Shown here one piece after another: positions 1 to 11,173 of a DNA stretch of 54,043 bases (positions are counted from its first letter, which is position 1; every line of letters starts with the position of its first letter). Origin of the DNA: Chromera velia (taxonomy: Eukaryota); assembly GCA_018398765.1 (NCBI GenBank), contig JAHBMJ010000230.1, positions 1 to 54,043 on the forward strand, in the 5' to 3' direction. A program made the position numbers and the translations under genes. A model generated the notes under the pieces. It was not told the DNA's origin, did not search any database, and worked only from the letters and a program-made list of their open reading frames with translations.

Positions 1-2114
1 TGATGAAGGGGCAGCCACGCCCCTCCGGACTGATCGCTGATGATCTTTGACCTTGTCTTTAATGGGATGTGAAGAGGGTTTACCCATTTGATATACGAAT
101 ATCCCTCCCGAGTCGTATCATGAATCCCCTCCCTCTCGACACGCGCCCGTTCCTCTTTTATCAAGGGTGCCGATCGGTTGTCAGGGTCCCCATCACAGCG
201 ATACCAAATTTTTATCAAGTCTCCCACCTCTGGTTGTTTGTTTGACGGTGACCATGCAGAGGTGCATGAGCCGTCTTCGTTCTCTCTTAGCCCTCTCCCT
301 CCCAAGTGGGGGCGAACAGATTCTGGAAAAGCCTCAATCATTGCTCTGTATGCCGGCAGCATTCTCAAACGCTCCTTCTCTTTCTTCTCCTCCTCCCTTT
401 GTTTTTGAATGAATTTTTCTTTTGTCTGTTGGAGATCTGCCAGTTTCTCCAAATTTTTGTGCTCATTCTGTTTTCTCCTCTCCTTTTCGCTGTCTGTCTC
501 TCTGTCGGGATATTTCTTTACAGCAATGTCTTCTGGCCCCTCCTCTACAAACATTTCTTCCCCCCCCCCCCCCCCCTCCCCGTCCTCCTCTTCTTCATCA
601 ATATCGACCATCTGCCTCTGCAGCTCTTCATCCACTTCCGTTCTTTCTTCTTCTTCTCTCTCTCTTGCTCTCTCATCCGTATCCATCTCATCCCAAAGCG
701 AGAAGCGAGACAGGGACGTCAGGGTCCTCTGGTGCCTCCTCTCCTCCCTTTCCTCCTCTATCTCTCCTCCTCTGTGTTCTTTGTTTCTCCCTCTTGACTC
801 TAGGTGGGTAGGCCTTCTGCCTAAAGGCCGAGAAGGAGAGCTGGGGACCGCCCCCCCCGCAGCCACAACGAAAGGCTGAGGGGAGGCAAAGAGCGGACCG
901 CCCTGAGGCAATCGAGACAACCGCAAAGCCCCCCTTCCAGGCGCAGATGCAATAAGAGACCCAAAATTTGTAAAAAAGGGCCTTTGCTGCTGTTGCTGGG
1001 AAACCCCCGGCGCAGACAGAGATGAAGAGGGGACAGCCTGTTGCTGTTGCTGGGAGATGCTCAGGGCTGACAGAGACGCAGAAGGGACAGCCTGCTGCTG
1101 TTGCTGGGAAACCCCCGGCGCTGTTAGTGATAGAGACGCAGAAGGGAGAGCCTGCTGCTGTTGCTAGGACTCCGAGATGCCCAGGGCTAACAGAGACGCA
1201 GATTCTGAAGGGACAGCCTGCTGCTGTTGTTGGGAGACGCCTGGGGCTGACAGAGATGCAGAAGGGACAGCCTGCTGCTCTTGCTGGGAGATGCCCGGGG
1301 CTGACAGAGACGCAGAAGGGACAGCCTGCTGCTGTTGCTGGGAAACCCCCAGCGCTGTCAGTGATAGAGACGCAGAAGGGACAGCCTGCTGCTGTTGCTG
1401 GGAGTCACCCGGGGCTGACAGAGACGCAGAAGGGACAGCCTGCTGCTGTTGCTGGGAGATGCCCAGGGCTGACAGAGACGCAGAAGGGACAGCCTGCTGC
1501 TGCTGCTGGGAGACGCCCAGAGCTGACAGAGACGCAGAAGGGACAGCCTGCTGCTATTGCTGGGAGACGCCCGGGGCTGACAGAAACGAGAAGGGGACAG
1601 CCTGCTGCTGTTGCTGGGAGATGCCCGGGGCTGACAGAGATGCAGAAGGGACAGCCTGCTGCTGTTGCTAGGAGACGCCCGGGGCTGATAGAAATGAGAA
1701 GGGGACAGCCTGCTGCTGTTGCTGGGAGACGCCCGGGGCTGACAGAGACGCAGAAGGGACAGCCTGCTGCTGTTGCTGGGAGACGCCTGCGGCTGACAGA
1801 AACGCAGAAGGGACAGCCTGCTGCTGCATGGAGGATGCTGCATACATCTGCTGTGCTACCTGAGTGCCTTGAAGCTGCTGCAGCTGTTGGAGGAAGCTCA
1901 ACTGCTGCAAAATTTGATTCGGGTCCCCCTGCCCAAAAAGAGAGCCCAAATTGACCCCTCCAAAAAAGTTTGGCAAGGGCGGGGCTGAAACCAGAGCGGG
2001 AGCAGCAGGGGGTGGGACTACTGCAGCAGCACCCGAAGCAGCAGAAGCAGCAGGATCCTCTGCCTGACTAATCGGTGGATATATCTTCGGCCCACAAAGT
2101 ATGAAGTCATTCGT
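1..2114 (-). pseudogene. Degenerate exon(s) encoding a Q/A/P-rich 18-aa tandem repeat followed by an acidic/coiled-coil region; runs off the window edge
   Basis: There is a splice acceptor (TG)nCAG at 2115, then TNDFILCGPKIYPP...PGVSQQQQQAVPSASLSA repeats with CAG>TAG stops at 1668-1670 and 1164-1166. After an apparent frameshift near 900, a frame (EIEEEREERRHQ...DEEEEDGE...KIWYRCDGDPD...YIKWVNPL) stays open to base 1. That frame is absent from the ORF track because it has no stop in the window. Confidence 0.55.
985..1828. repeat. Minisatellite, ~15 copies of a 54-bp unit with some 60/66-bp variants
   Basis: The unit gaagggacagcctgctgctgttgctgggagacgcccggggctgacagagacgca recurs at 1261, 1315, 1375, 1429, 1483, 1537, 1591 and onward. 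All unit lengths are multiples of 3. Confidence 0.95.
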
Positions 2115-2152
<38 letters not shown>

Positions 2153-2207
2153 CGCACACTGAGAAGGTTTTACACACCTGAAGGAAAAAGAGGTTTTGCA
2201 CACCTGA

Positions 2208-2247
<40 letters not shown>

Positions 2248-2388
2248 ATTGACTGCCTCCCCCAAGGGATCATCGGCAGAGAGAGCGTGCAGGGAGGGAG
2301 GAATTTGCACGGCAGGAAAACTCGGTGAAACTCGAAATGTGCAACACAGTCAGGCAGACAGATCAGTTAACAATATGGGGAAGGGATG

Positions 2389-3771
2389 TCAAGCCCGTTG
2401 TTGATTACTGACCTCTCGTTGTAGAGCGGACCTTCCGCAGGCATGTCTCTGTCTGCGAATGAAAGAGAGAGGGATGGACAGCTGAGAGGCTGCCTCAAGC
2501 GTTCTCGGCTGCCTGGAGTAAAACGTTTCCTGAGCTCTCTCCTCCCCCATTCTTTTTTGTTCTCTCGCCCCACTGAAGTTCATCACGAGGCCAGTCATCA
2601 TCTGCGTGTTCACAAGAGGTTCTGCTGAAATGTCGGATCTTAAGAACATTTTCTTTTCTGCCAAAACCAGCGCCCTTCCCTCCCCTCCCTCCCTAGTCCT
2701 TCTTTCTCTCTTGAACATCAATCTGCACGGAAAGGCAAACAGCCCACAGTTCTCCCTCCCCTGCTGTCTGACTTTGTCTATTTTGCTCTTGAAACTCGCC
2801 TTCATGTACTCAATCGTGTGCTTCTTTGTCTTTGCCTCTACTAGAAAACAGAGGGACCCTTTCAACCCCTCCCACACGGAGTAGGCAAGAAGGTATCCGA
2901 GATTCGCGGCATCACAGCCAGGCTTTGAAAGACCTAACTGGAACTTTTGGTGCTCATCAGACCAACAAACGTCCAAGAACTCTGCAAATACATGTGAAAG
3001 AAAGTGGGGCGAGATGAAGTCGGCCCCCTTTTTATGCTCTGCAGTCGTTTTGACCTGCTGCTGCATTAGGTTGTGTCGGAAGTGGAAACTGGCGGGACCC
3101 TGGACTTTTTCACACTGGGACCGCAGGAAGAGACTTGTAAGCACCTCGCAGGCTGCGAGTGCTTCGCCGTACTTCACCAAGCCAGAAAAACCGACCTTCT
3201 CCCACTTTTTCCTTTCAGTCTGGACTATTGCTTCTGATGCCAGCCTGGCAAACGGGTGGGAATTCATCAACTGGGTCACCGACTTGGGGAATGCTGCAAC
3301 TGGGCGCCTGAACTCGTCGGGATCCCCTCCCGCTCCCTGCAGATCTGCCTGAGCAAGTGCCTGATCCGCATCGTCTTCTATATCAAACATCACGGAATCA
3401 ACTGGAGGCACAGCGGCTCGCCGTCTTCCTCCTCCACCACCTGCCCTTCTCGTCCTGCCCCCTCCCCTTCCCCCTCTGCCACGCCCTCTTGCAGGTTGCA
3501 CTGGCGGCTGCCCCGCAGCTTCAAGCGAATTTCGATCAGATGAGAGCGAGCGCCCTCGAGCTCCAAATGGATGATCAAGCTCCACATCATCACCAAAAAG
3601 CAGGGTTCCTGACGCGGACCCTGCGGAGCGCCGGGTCACAAAGGGCCCCTGCAAGTTGGAGAGCCCCTGCAGGTTGGAGAGCCCCTGCAGGTTGGAGAGC
3701 CCCTGGAGGTTGGAGAGCCCCTGCGGGTTGGAGAGACCCTGCAGGTTGGAGAGACCCTGCCGGCGAGCCAT
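2389..3771 (-). CDS. Hypothetical protein (~460 aa), probably transposon-borne: LQGLSN repeats, an RGG tract, then a globular helical/Cys-containing region
   Basis: A long open frame runs from the ATG at 3771 (MARRQGLSN...). I recognise no family motif. It may splice to the exon at 2114. Confidence 0.55.
   Translation of the reverse strand: MARRQGLSNLQGLSNPQGLSNLQGLSNLQGLSNLQGLSNLQGPFVTRRSAGSASGTLLFGDDVELDHPFGARGRSLSSDRNSLEAAGQPPVQPARGRGRGGRGGGRTRRAGGGGGRRRAAVPPVDSVMFDIEDDADQALAQADLQGAGGDPDEFRRPVAAFPKSVTQLMNSHPFARLASEAIVQTERKKWEKVGFSGLVKYGEALAACEVLTSLFLRSQCEKVQGPASFHFRHNLMQQQVKTTAEHKKGADFISPHFLSHVFAEFLDVCWSDEHQKFQLGLSKPGCDAANLGYLLAYSVWEGLKGSLCFLVEAKTKKHTIEYMKASFKSKIDKVRQQGRENCGLFAFPCRLMFKRERRTREGGEGRALVLAEKKMFLRSDISAEPLVNTQMMTGLVMNFSGAREQKRMGEERAQETFYSRQPRTLEAASQLSIPLSFIRRQRHACGRSALQREVSNQQRA
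3645..3760. repeat. 18-bp tandem repeat, ~6.5 copies (LQGLSN on the - strand)
   Basis: The unit ccctgcaggttggagagc is repeated in tandem. Confidence 0.9.
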
Positions 3772-4271
3772 CAGCAGGCGCGTGGGCAAGTAAAAGATGC
3801 AAAGACAGACGCAAAGCCCAACAGGAACCTTCGATCGATCGAAAGAAAACCAATCGTAGAGAAATCGGGACAGATCGATATTGCCGATCGACACTGAAGA
3901 TTGACCGTGATCAGAGAGCAGAGCTCAGTCTCACTTCAAGACACTCGACTGATCGATCGAAAAATCAATTTCAAATCCCAGGAGAGATCCACAAGCAATC
4001 TGAAAGCACCGATCTGTTTTGCTTGAACTGCACGCTTCTTTGTCGATCTGTATGCAGATCAAACAGATCGATCGACTGCTGACACAAAGCAATCACAGAC
4101 AGGCATGAATCGCGATTCAGATATCGATTTTGATGTCACATGCAGATCGATATTGATTTTTTTTTTTCACGCGCCGTTGGCGCACTACTTACCCACGCCC
4201 TCAATGGCGCGGCTAAAAAAATCGATGGCGCGGGATGATCGCGTGCCGCCCCGCGCCACCCGGCGCCGCGG

Positions 4272-7200
4272 ATGGACGTGTGGCTTGCTGGGATCGGGGA
4301 GGGCAAGGGTGGCATGCTCCTGCACCGCCTTCTTCAGCTCAGCAAACGCACGCGACTGTGCAGTCTTCTATTCGAAGGGGACGTTCCCCTGGAGGAGGAA
4401 TGTGAGAGGCCCCGCAAGAAACGAGAACCTCGGGACAAACCGGCGGAACCAATTGGCCAGTCCTAGAAACTGGCGCAGGGAAGTGCGGTCTGTGGGTTGT
4501 ATGAACTCAGTGAGCCCTTGCATTTTCTCATGGCTTGGTCTGACCCCCTTCTCATCAACCACCAACCCCAAAAATTTCGCTTCTGTCCGAAGCCATGCGC
4601 ATTTAGAGACCTTGACGTAGAGCTGGTGTTCCCTCAAAAGGGAAAGGACTTGGTTGATGTGCTCAATATGCTCCTCCGGAGTGCGGCTGAAAACAAGAAC
4701 ATCATCAATAAACACAACAACACACTTGTCAAGGAGTGGTCTAAGCACATCTGTGATGAGACGTATACTGATGGAAGGTGCGTTACACAAACCAAACGGC
4801 ATCACCAGCTATTCAAAACTGCCGTACCTTGTGACGAATGCCGTTTTCTCCTCGTCTCCTTCCCTGATCCTTGTCTGATGGAAGTATTGCCGTAAGTCCA
4901 GAGACGAAAAAAATTTTGTGCTGTGGAGGCGACTCAGCAGCTCCTCTGGATGAGGAATGGGGAATTTGTCGCGGATTGTGATCTTGTTAAGTCCCGTGAA
5001 GTCGATGCACATCCGTTGCATCCCGTCTGCCTTCTGCACAAACAGGACTAGCGCAGCATATGGACTTGTTGAAGGGCGGATATGCCCTTTCTTGAGGTAT
5101 GAGTCTAACTGCCATCTCAGTTTGTCAAGTTGACCGTATGACAGTCGGTAGGGTGCTCTCACAGGAGGAGAGTGCCCTGCCTTGAGCTTGATCTCACACT
5201 CGATCTTTCGGTGGGGCGGGAGACCCGGGAGCTCGTCTGGGAATCGATCAAAATGTTTCTCGAGAACCGGTCGGATGCTGGGTGGGACTTCTTTGCTCTG
5301 GAGGTGCTTTCGGAATCCCGTGTAGGTTGAAGAATTGATGGGATGGTCAAGAGGGAAAGATGAAAGGGGCGGTGGGTCTCCGGGATTACCGGCAGACTGC
5401 AGGGAATACACTCCCAACGTATCACTCACCCCCCCCTTCTGCACTGCTTCGAGGCGGAATAGATGCACACGGGAACTGGGTCTCTTCATCAGCCGACGGA
5501 GCTCTCTCTGGCTAAAGAAGTCCTCCCCCTCCCCTTCCGCCGGGTACTCCTCGCTGTCAAGCAGGAGCAAGTCTCTCCCGGTCGGCGACTTACACGCGGG
5601 GATCGTGAGGGCCTTCTCACGGTAATGTGGGATAGGAATATACTCCTCACAGAAGGGCATCCCCAACACAACATTGTAATCATCGTCCAGATCGACTACT
5701 GTGAGATTCAGAGGCGCGCTGAAGCCCTGGATGCAGAGGGGAAGGCCTTTGACCTCCTGGGAAATCGGAAGCTGCGGTCCCCCGTTCAACCCGCCCTTGC
5801 ATGCGGTCGGCTCATCAAGATCCCAGAGAGTGAAACGGTTCGACTCGGCAACGGAATGGGCAAGGAAGTTCGAATCTGCCCCAGGATCGTACAGACAGCG
5901 AACAGGGACCCCTGCCAACCAACCGTGGAAGCGGATGAGCTTCCCCGGTGCGCGGGAGGTCTTCGTGGAGTAGTATCTGCNNNNNNNNNNNTGACCGTAT
6001 GACAGTCGGTAGGGTGCTCTCACAGGAGGAGAGTGCCCTGCCTTGAGCTTGATCTCACACTCGATCTTTCGGTGGGGCGGGAGACCCGGGAGCTCGTCTG
6101 GGAATCGATCAAAATGTTTCTCGAGAACCGGTCGGATGCTGGGTGGGACTTCTTTGCTCTGGAGGTGCTTTCGGAATCCCGTGTAGGTTGAAGAATTGAT
6201 GGGATGGTCAAGAGGGAAAGATGAAAGGGGCGGTGGGTCTCCGGGATTACCGGCAGACTGCAGGGAATACACTCCCAACGTATCACTCACCCCCCCCTTC
6301 TGCACTGCTTCGAGGCGGAATAGATGCACACGGGAACTGGGTCTCTTCATCAGCCGACGGAGCTCTCTCTGGCTAAAGAAGTCCTCCCCCTCCCCTTCCG
6401 CCGGGTACTCCTCGCTGTCAAGCAGGAGCAAGTCTCTCCCGGTCGGCGACTTACACGCGGGGATCGTGAGGGCCTTCTCACGGTAATGTGGGATAGGAAT
6501 ATACTCCTCACAGAAGGGCATCCCCAACACAACATTGTAATCATCGTCCAGATCGACTACTGTGAGATTCAGAGGCGCGCTGAAGCCTTGTATGCAGAGG
6601 GGAAGGCCTTTGACCTCCTGGGAAATCGGAAGTTGCGGTCCCCCGTTCAACCCACCCTTGCATGCGGTCGGTTCATCGAGATTCCAGAGAGTGAAGCGGT
6701 TCGACTCGGCAACGGAATGGGCAAGGAAGTTCGAATCTGCCCCAGGATTGTACAGACAGCGAACAGGGACCCCTGCCAACCAACCGTGGAAGCGGATGAG
6801 CTTCCCCGGTGCGCAGGAGGTCTTCGTGGAGTAGTATCTGCAAAACGAGTAGCCATTCCGCATGCCTGCATTCTGATTCTGCTGTTGCGAGCCCCACAAC
6901 CCCGGCGGGAAGTCAGTGACTGGGCGTGCGGCAGGCTGCCACATCTGCTGGTGCTGCATGGGCGAAGGTGTGAGGCCTGAGGGCACCACCGGACCCTGAG
7001 GTTGCATGAGAGGGTTACTGACCCCCATGTGCCTGAAATTCCGATTGTCAGGACGGGGAGGGGCATTCCGATGCTGCTGTTGTTGCTGCTGAAATGACTG
7101 GTATGGGAAGTTTCGGTGCTGCTGGGGGAGGAGACGGTTATTAGACTTTGGGCACCTGTTCACCCGGTGGCCCTGTTGGTGGTAGTTGAAACATCTGTCT

Positions 7201-8027
7201 TCTCTGATGTGCCTCTGCACCTGCTCGTGCGACAGTGCATATAAGCGCGACAATCTATCTATTTCCATCGGTGCAAGCCCATCTGTGTTGCGCTGTTACA
7301 CCGCGTGCCCGCCTCCATCGGCGCGCTCGCCTCAGATCAATTGGTCTTCCTCGTCTGCCACTGTCATGACGGCCTCAAGTCCCGTGACTCCCCGACGCTT
7401 CACAGCGAGACGAATGTTAGTTGGCAATCCCCTGAGGTAGTCGTACAGTAGGTCGGCTTCTGTAATATCCTCAATCTGCATGGCCTTCTCTATGAAGTCA
7501 TCAGTGTACTTCTGTACTGTCTTGTTCCCACATTTCATCGCTTGGACTTCCTCTCGCAAACGTGTCTGAGCATTTGGGTCTTTGAACTTCTTCCCAATCC
7601 TCTCTTTAAAATTCTTCCACCCCTGGAACGGTGTTCGGAGGTTTTTAAGCTTGTACCACCTGTGCAGGGGACAGGATAGGTATTGACATGCTGCTTCGCA
7701 TTTCTCGGCTTCCAACGCTCGCGATAAGCGAAGCCATCTCTCGGTTATACGGAGCCAATCTAGGAGTTGTTTGCGGCTGCCTGCGTACGTAAACGGCTCT
7801 TTGGGTTTCAAATTTGACTTCACGGCCGCTGGAGGGCTGTTCTCCGCGGTGCCTTGTTGTGCTGTTACGATTGTCTGCTGGTGGTTGATCAGCTCTTGGT
7901 GTAGCTGTTGATTCTGTTGGGTTAACTGCCCGTTTTGGACCTGCAGTGCCTGGATCTCAGCTTGCTGCTGCTGTTGAGTTTGAATAAGCTGCTGAATGAG
8001 CTCAGAAGTGATAGAAGACGGGTCCAT
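4272..8027 (-). pseudogene. gag-pol polyprotein, a single frame with 4 premature stops
   Basis: The Gag ORF 8027-7332 is in frame with the ORF 7268-4809 across TGA 7332-7334 and TAA 7296-7298, leading into the GLAPMEID motif. The knuckle is degenerate (CFNYHQQGHRVNRC). The protease site is YDPGADSNF. TAG replaces the expected Trp codon at 4809-4811 (FE*LVMPFG) and at 4368-4370 (VPFE*). Confidence 0.9.
5131..6841. repeat. 850-bp direct duplication (5131-5980 / 5992-6841) flanking an N gap; probably a contig-overlap artefact
   Basis: Both copies begin tgaccgtatgacagtc and end gtagtatctgc. They abut the N run at 5981-5991 exactly. Confidence 0.9.
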
Positions 8028-8090
8028 CCTGCCCGCACTTCAAACAATGGTTGAGAGGCAGAGCGGGGTCTCCTTGAGGCAGAGGACCGG

Positions 8091-8103
8091 GGCTCTGCTA
8101 CCA
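8091..8103 (-). promoter_or_regulatory. Primer-binding site complementary to the 3' end of initiator tRNA-Met
   Basis: The - strand reads TGGTAGCAGAGCC immediately inside the LTR, about 65 nt upstream of the gag ATG. Confidence 0.85.
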
Positions 8104-8408
8104 CGTCAGATTTCCTCCTAAACTAAGAACGTAGTCTAGTCGGAGACTTATCGTACCTTACCTCCTTAAGTCTGTCAGTCAGAGTTCACTTCCAAGGACT
8201 CCATTCAAGCGATACAGATGGATGAAGACTATACGATATGCTTCTATTTATTTCTGTATTACAAGTCTATTATTTCTTTCTCTGTATTGTCAGTCTGTCA
8301 CTTAATTCTCTTAGTGCACTTAATTAATACCGGCCGGGCTTAGTATTGCGAAGTTAGTTTCCCAGTCCCAGTTCTAGCAAGTTTGGCGGGTGATCAAGTC
8401 GCCGTACA
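8104..8408 (-). repeat. 5' LTR (~305 bp) of the Gypsy element
   Basis: The - strand begins TGTACGGC at 8408 and ends TGACG next to the PBS (CG rather than canonical CA). An AATAAA lies at 8247-8252 (-). There is no second LTR to confirm the outer edge. Confidence 0.7.
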
Positions 8409-8510
8409 AGCCACAACGTAACGATTAGCAGTCATTTTGGAGTGATTAATTTCATTCCACAGACGAATCAAACGTTTTATTTCCTTCATCATGATTGTGC
8501 GTATTATGTA

Positions 8511-8645
8511 TGTTGGGAGTGTTTGTTGAGCTGTTGGGCCGTGTTGGGCTTTCTTGTTGGGCGTGTTGTGTATTGGGCGTGTTGGGCACCCAACAGCTTC
8601 CTGGCAAGGTGAAGCCTAACAGTACAACAAGCCCAACAGCCCAAT
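8511..8645. repeat. TGTTGGG/CCCAACA array in inverted arrangement (subterminal-repeat-like)
   Basis: About six tgttggg-like motifs are followed by cccaaca/cctaaca/cccaata motifs, pivoting on tgttgggcacccaaca. Confidence 0.6.
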
Positions 8646-10900
8646 AAAACCTGGTGACACGAAGTTTTTCATAAAAATGAATACATGTTTCTAGCCTAAC
8701 ATAAAAACTAATGTTACTGTTATATTTTTTGTAATTTATAGTTTTTGGTTTTTTATGAAACTTTTTGTATAACATTCCTAGATTTTTGTCTGTTTTTCTT
8801 TAAAGTCAGGGGTCATGATCTACCTATATGTAGAGTGCGGCCCCCTAGTGAATGAATGAATGAATGAAGAGAAAAAGAAAAAGAAATGAAAGGCTTAGCA
8901 AACGAAAGGTGGAACAAGAAGGAATAAAAACAAAGGAAAGGTGAAAAGAGAAAGAAGAAAAAGGAAATATAGACAACAGCTTAAGAAGTTGCTAACGCAC
9001 TTCTTCCATGAGGAGGGAAAGGTGTACACTGATTGATGCACTGACACACTGATTGACGCACTGACACACTGATGCTGAATGGAATGACTCGAGAATATTT
9101 CCTCTCATGTTTTTTCTATCTGTCTTTATTCTTCTTTTAATGCATCTCGATACAGATTCTTTTCTTTGTGTCTTGATTCTTATCTTTTCATGCACATTTG
9201 ATCTCTCTCTGTGTATTTTTGTGTACCCCCTCTGTAAAGCGAGTTGGTATGTGCATTTACAGGATCTCTTTATCTTTTCCGACTGCGAAAGTGTTTCTGG
9301 TGCTTTCTTCCTGATGCATGCCGACCAGAACCACCCTGCAGGAGGAGAGCTCCACTACGCAGACACCGCCTCTTGAATGCCTGTGGTGTCGTTATTTATT
9401 ATTTGCAGAGTGAGTGGATGAATGATGAGTGAAAGTGTATGACTGGCTGTGGGGCGATCTCTACATGAGCTCATATGCAGTGACAGATTCGTGAAGCTTC
9501 TTGTGGTGACTGATCGCTTGTACGTGCCGTCATCCCGTTCTCGTTTACTTAAGACAGCGATGTTCAAGATGAATGGTTGGCACTCCACGCACACGCTTAT
9601 GGCAGTGTCCGACAACCCATGTTAGTCGTTGCATACCGACTTCTTGCGTGATTCGAATCTGATATGAGGGAGAAAGGAAAGAGCATCAAGGAGAAATGAA
9701 GCGATTGAAATTGAGTACAAGATCTGAGATCGTGTGTGGACACACGCCTTGGGAGGACGGGCATGTGTGACATGAATGCTCATAGCCAAGCCGCCTCTAA
9801 GCGTTGGCGTGGGCCGGTCAGTGGCGTTGAGAGAACGCATGAGCCTGCCTTGTGGGACCGAGTGGAAACGCGTGCGCCCATAACTACTCCAATCGATATA
9901 GCTTCAGGATGGCTTGTGTTCATGGCATTCAGATTGACCATTAAAAGAACCGGATTTTGAAGTAGGACTTCTAGAGAACACTTCTAGGAACAGACTTTCT
10001 TATCTGTTATCTGAGCCTCATGCTAGTTATGATTACGTTTCAACCGTAATGACAGAAGAGAACATAGATCTCTCCGGCATATCTGTGCCCGCTTTGTCTT
10101 CTTACTTCTTTTCAACATGAGGGTCTGCAAGAGGCTCCTCCCCTTCCTTTTCTTCAACACCGCCGCCTTCATTCTCTTCAAAATCCCCTTCGTTACCTGA
10201 AAAGTCGGACTCCGATATCTTGTTTGACTCATCAGCGAGACCATCATTTGCTGCTGCTACTGCCTGTTTGGAGAGGTGACTACAGCACAGAGCCTCGCAG
10301 ATCAATGCGGGTGAGGGGAAGACTGCCAAGGGGGGGAGGACTGTTGAGAGGAGGACTGCCAAGGAGATTTCCGGGCGGCTGGAGGCACAAGGCCACCGAG
10401 TAATGGCTAGTCAGCCTTGGTGGCCCCCTCCCCTTTCTTCTCTGCGGCAACAAAGAACTTCAAGAACTTCTGAGACTGCGTCGTCTTCGCGCCAGAGTCA
10501 GGCGCTTTTCGTTTGAGTGCCATGACATTCAGACGGTAAGACAGTCTGGGCAGACTGTCACTTTTGCAAAAATTCAGAGTCGAGTGAGCAGATTCAACTG
10601 TGAAGTATTAAATTTAGTATTCATGGAAGTACACAAATCACATAGATGAATGTTCCTTTGATAGGTTGAGCCCGCTGCTCTCAGTTGATCGCTTGACAAG
10701 AATCTGTACAGCTCTCTGGGCTGAGAGCTGTCAGAGCAACATTTGGCGGACTCGATCTCATTTTTTTTTTTCGATGCCGCCGCGGAGAGATAAAGGCGAC
10801 GGTCCCGCCGCGGAAACTTACTCGACCGGCGGAGCGGCGCGTCGCGGTCCTCCCCTTCTCCTCCAAGTTTTTTCCCCGCGGCGCGCCGCGGTGCGCCTGA

Positions 10901-10950
10901 ACCGCGGCGTTTATACACATAAACGCCGCGGTGTATAAACGCCGCGGTGT
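10901..10950. repeat. Perfect 14-bp hairpin plus a direct copy, within a CGCCGCGG-rich island
   Basis: ACCGCGGCGTTTAT-acac-ATAAACGCCGCGGT is followed by a second ataaacgccgcggtgt at 10935-10950. Confidence 0.85.
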
Positions 10951-11173
10951 CTAGAAACGCTGCCCGCGCTTCGGAGTGGCTCATTTTGTGCTCATTCTCA
11001 CCGAATTGACCGTGGGTCTGAAACCCTGGTATCCCAGACCCAGCTTTCAGTGAAGTTGGGTATGACACCATCAATTGAAGAAAACTCTCTGTCAAAAGTT
11101 TTCTTTTATCATGCAATGAATTGTGACAGAGCGTTTTTCGCGAAAGGACACCTCCGGGCAAAAGTCATTGATT

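Larger units (their letters stand above)
4272..8408 (-). mobile_element. Ty3/Gypsy LTR retrotransposon, 3'-truncated (lacks RNase H core, integrase, PPT and 3' LTR)
   Basis: The order is LTR, PBS, gag, zinc knuckle, protease, RT. RT motifs are RMCIDFTGLN, DKFPIP, LDLRQYFHQ, KTAFVTRYGSFE, MPFGLCNAP, FIDD and FLGLANWFRRFV. Coding similarity stops after LALPDPSKP at ~4280. Confidence 0.95.

Noticed and set aside
1022..1954. 310-aa + strand ORF as a real gene
   Set aside because: It is made almost entirely of the 54-bp minisatellite. The splice signal and flanking coding context favour the - strand.
4809..7268. Retroelement with a genuine double protease
   Set aside because: The duplication abuts an N gap exactly, so it is probably an assembly overlap.
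7296..7334. Programmed gag-pol readthrough or frameshift
   Set aside because: Two different in-frame stops lie inside gag, before the PMEID motif and the knuckle. Both are single C>T changes, so decay is the simpler explanation.
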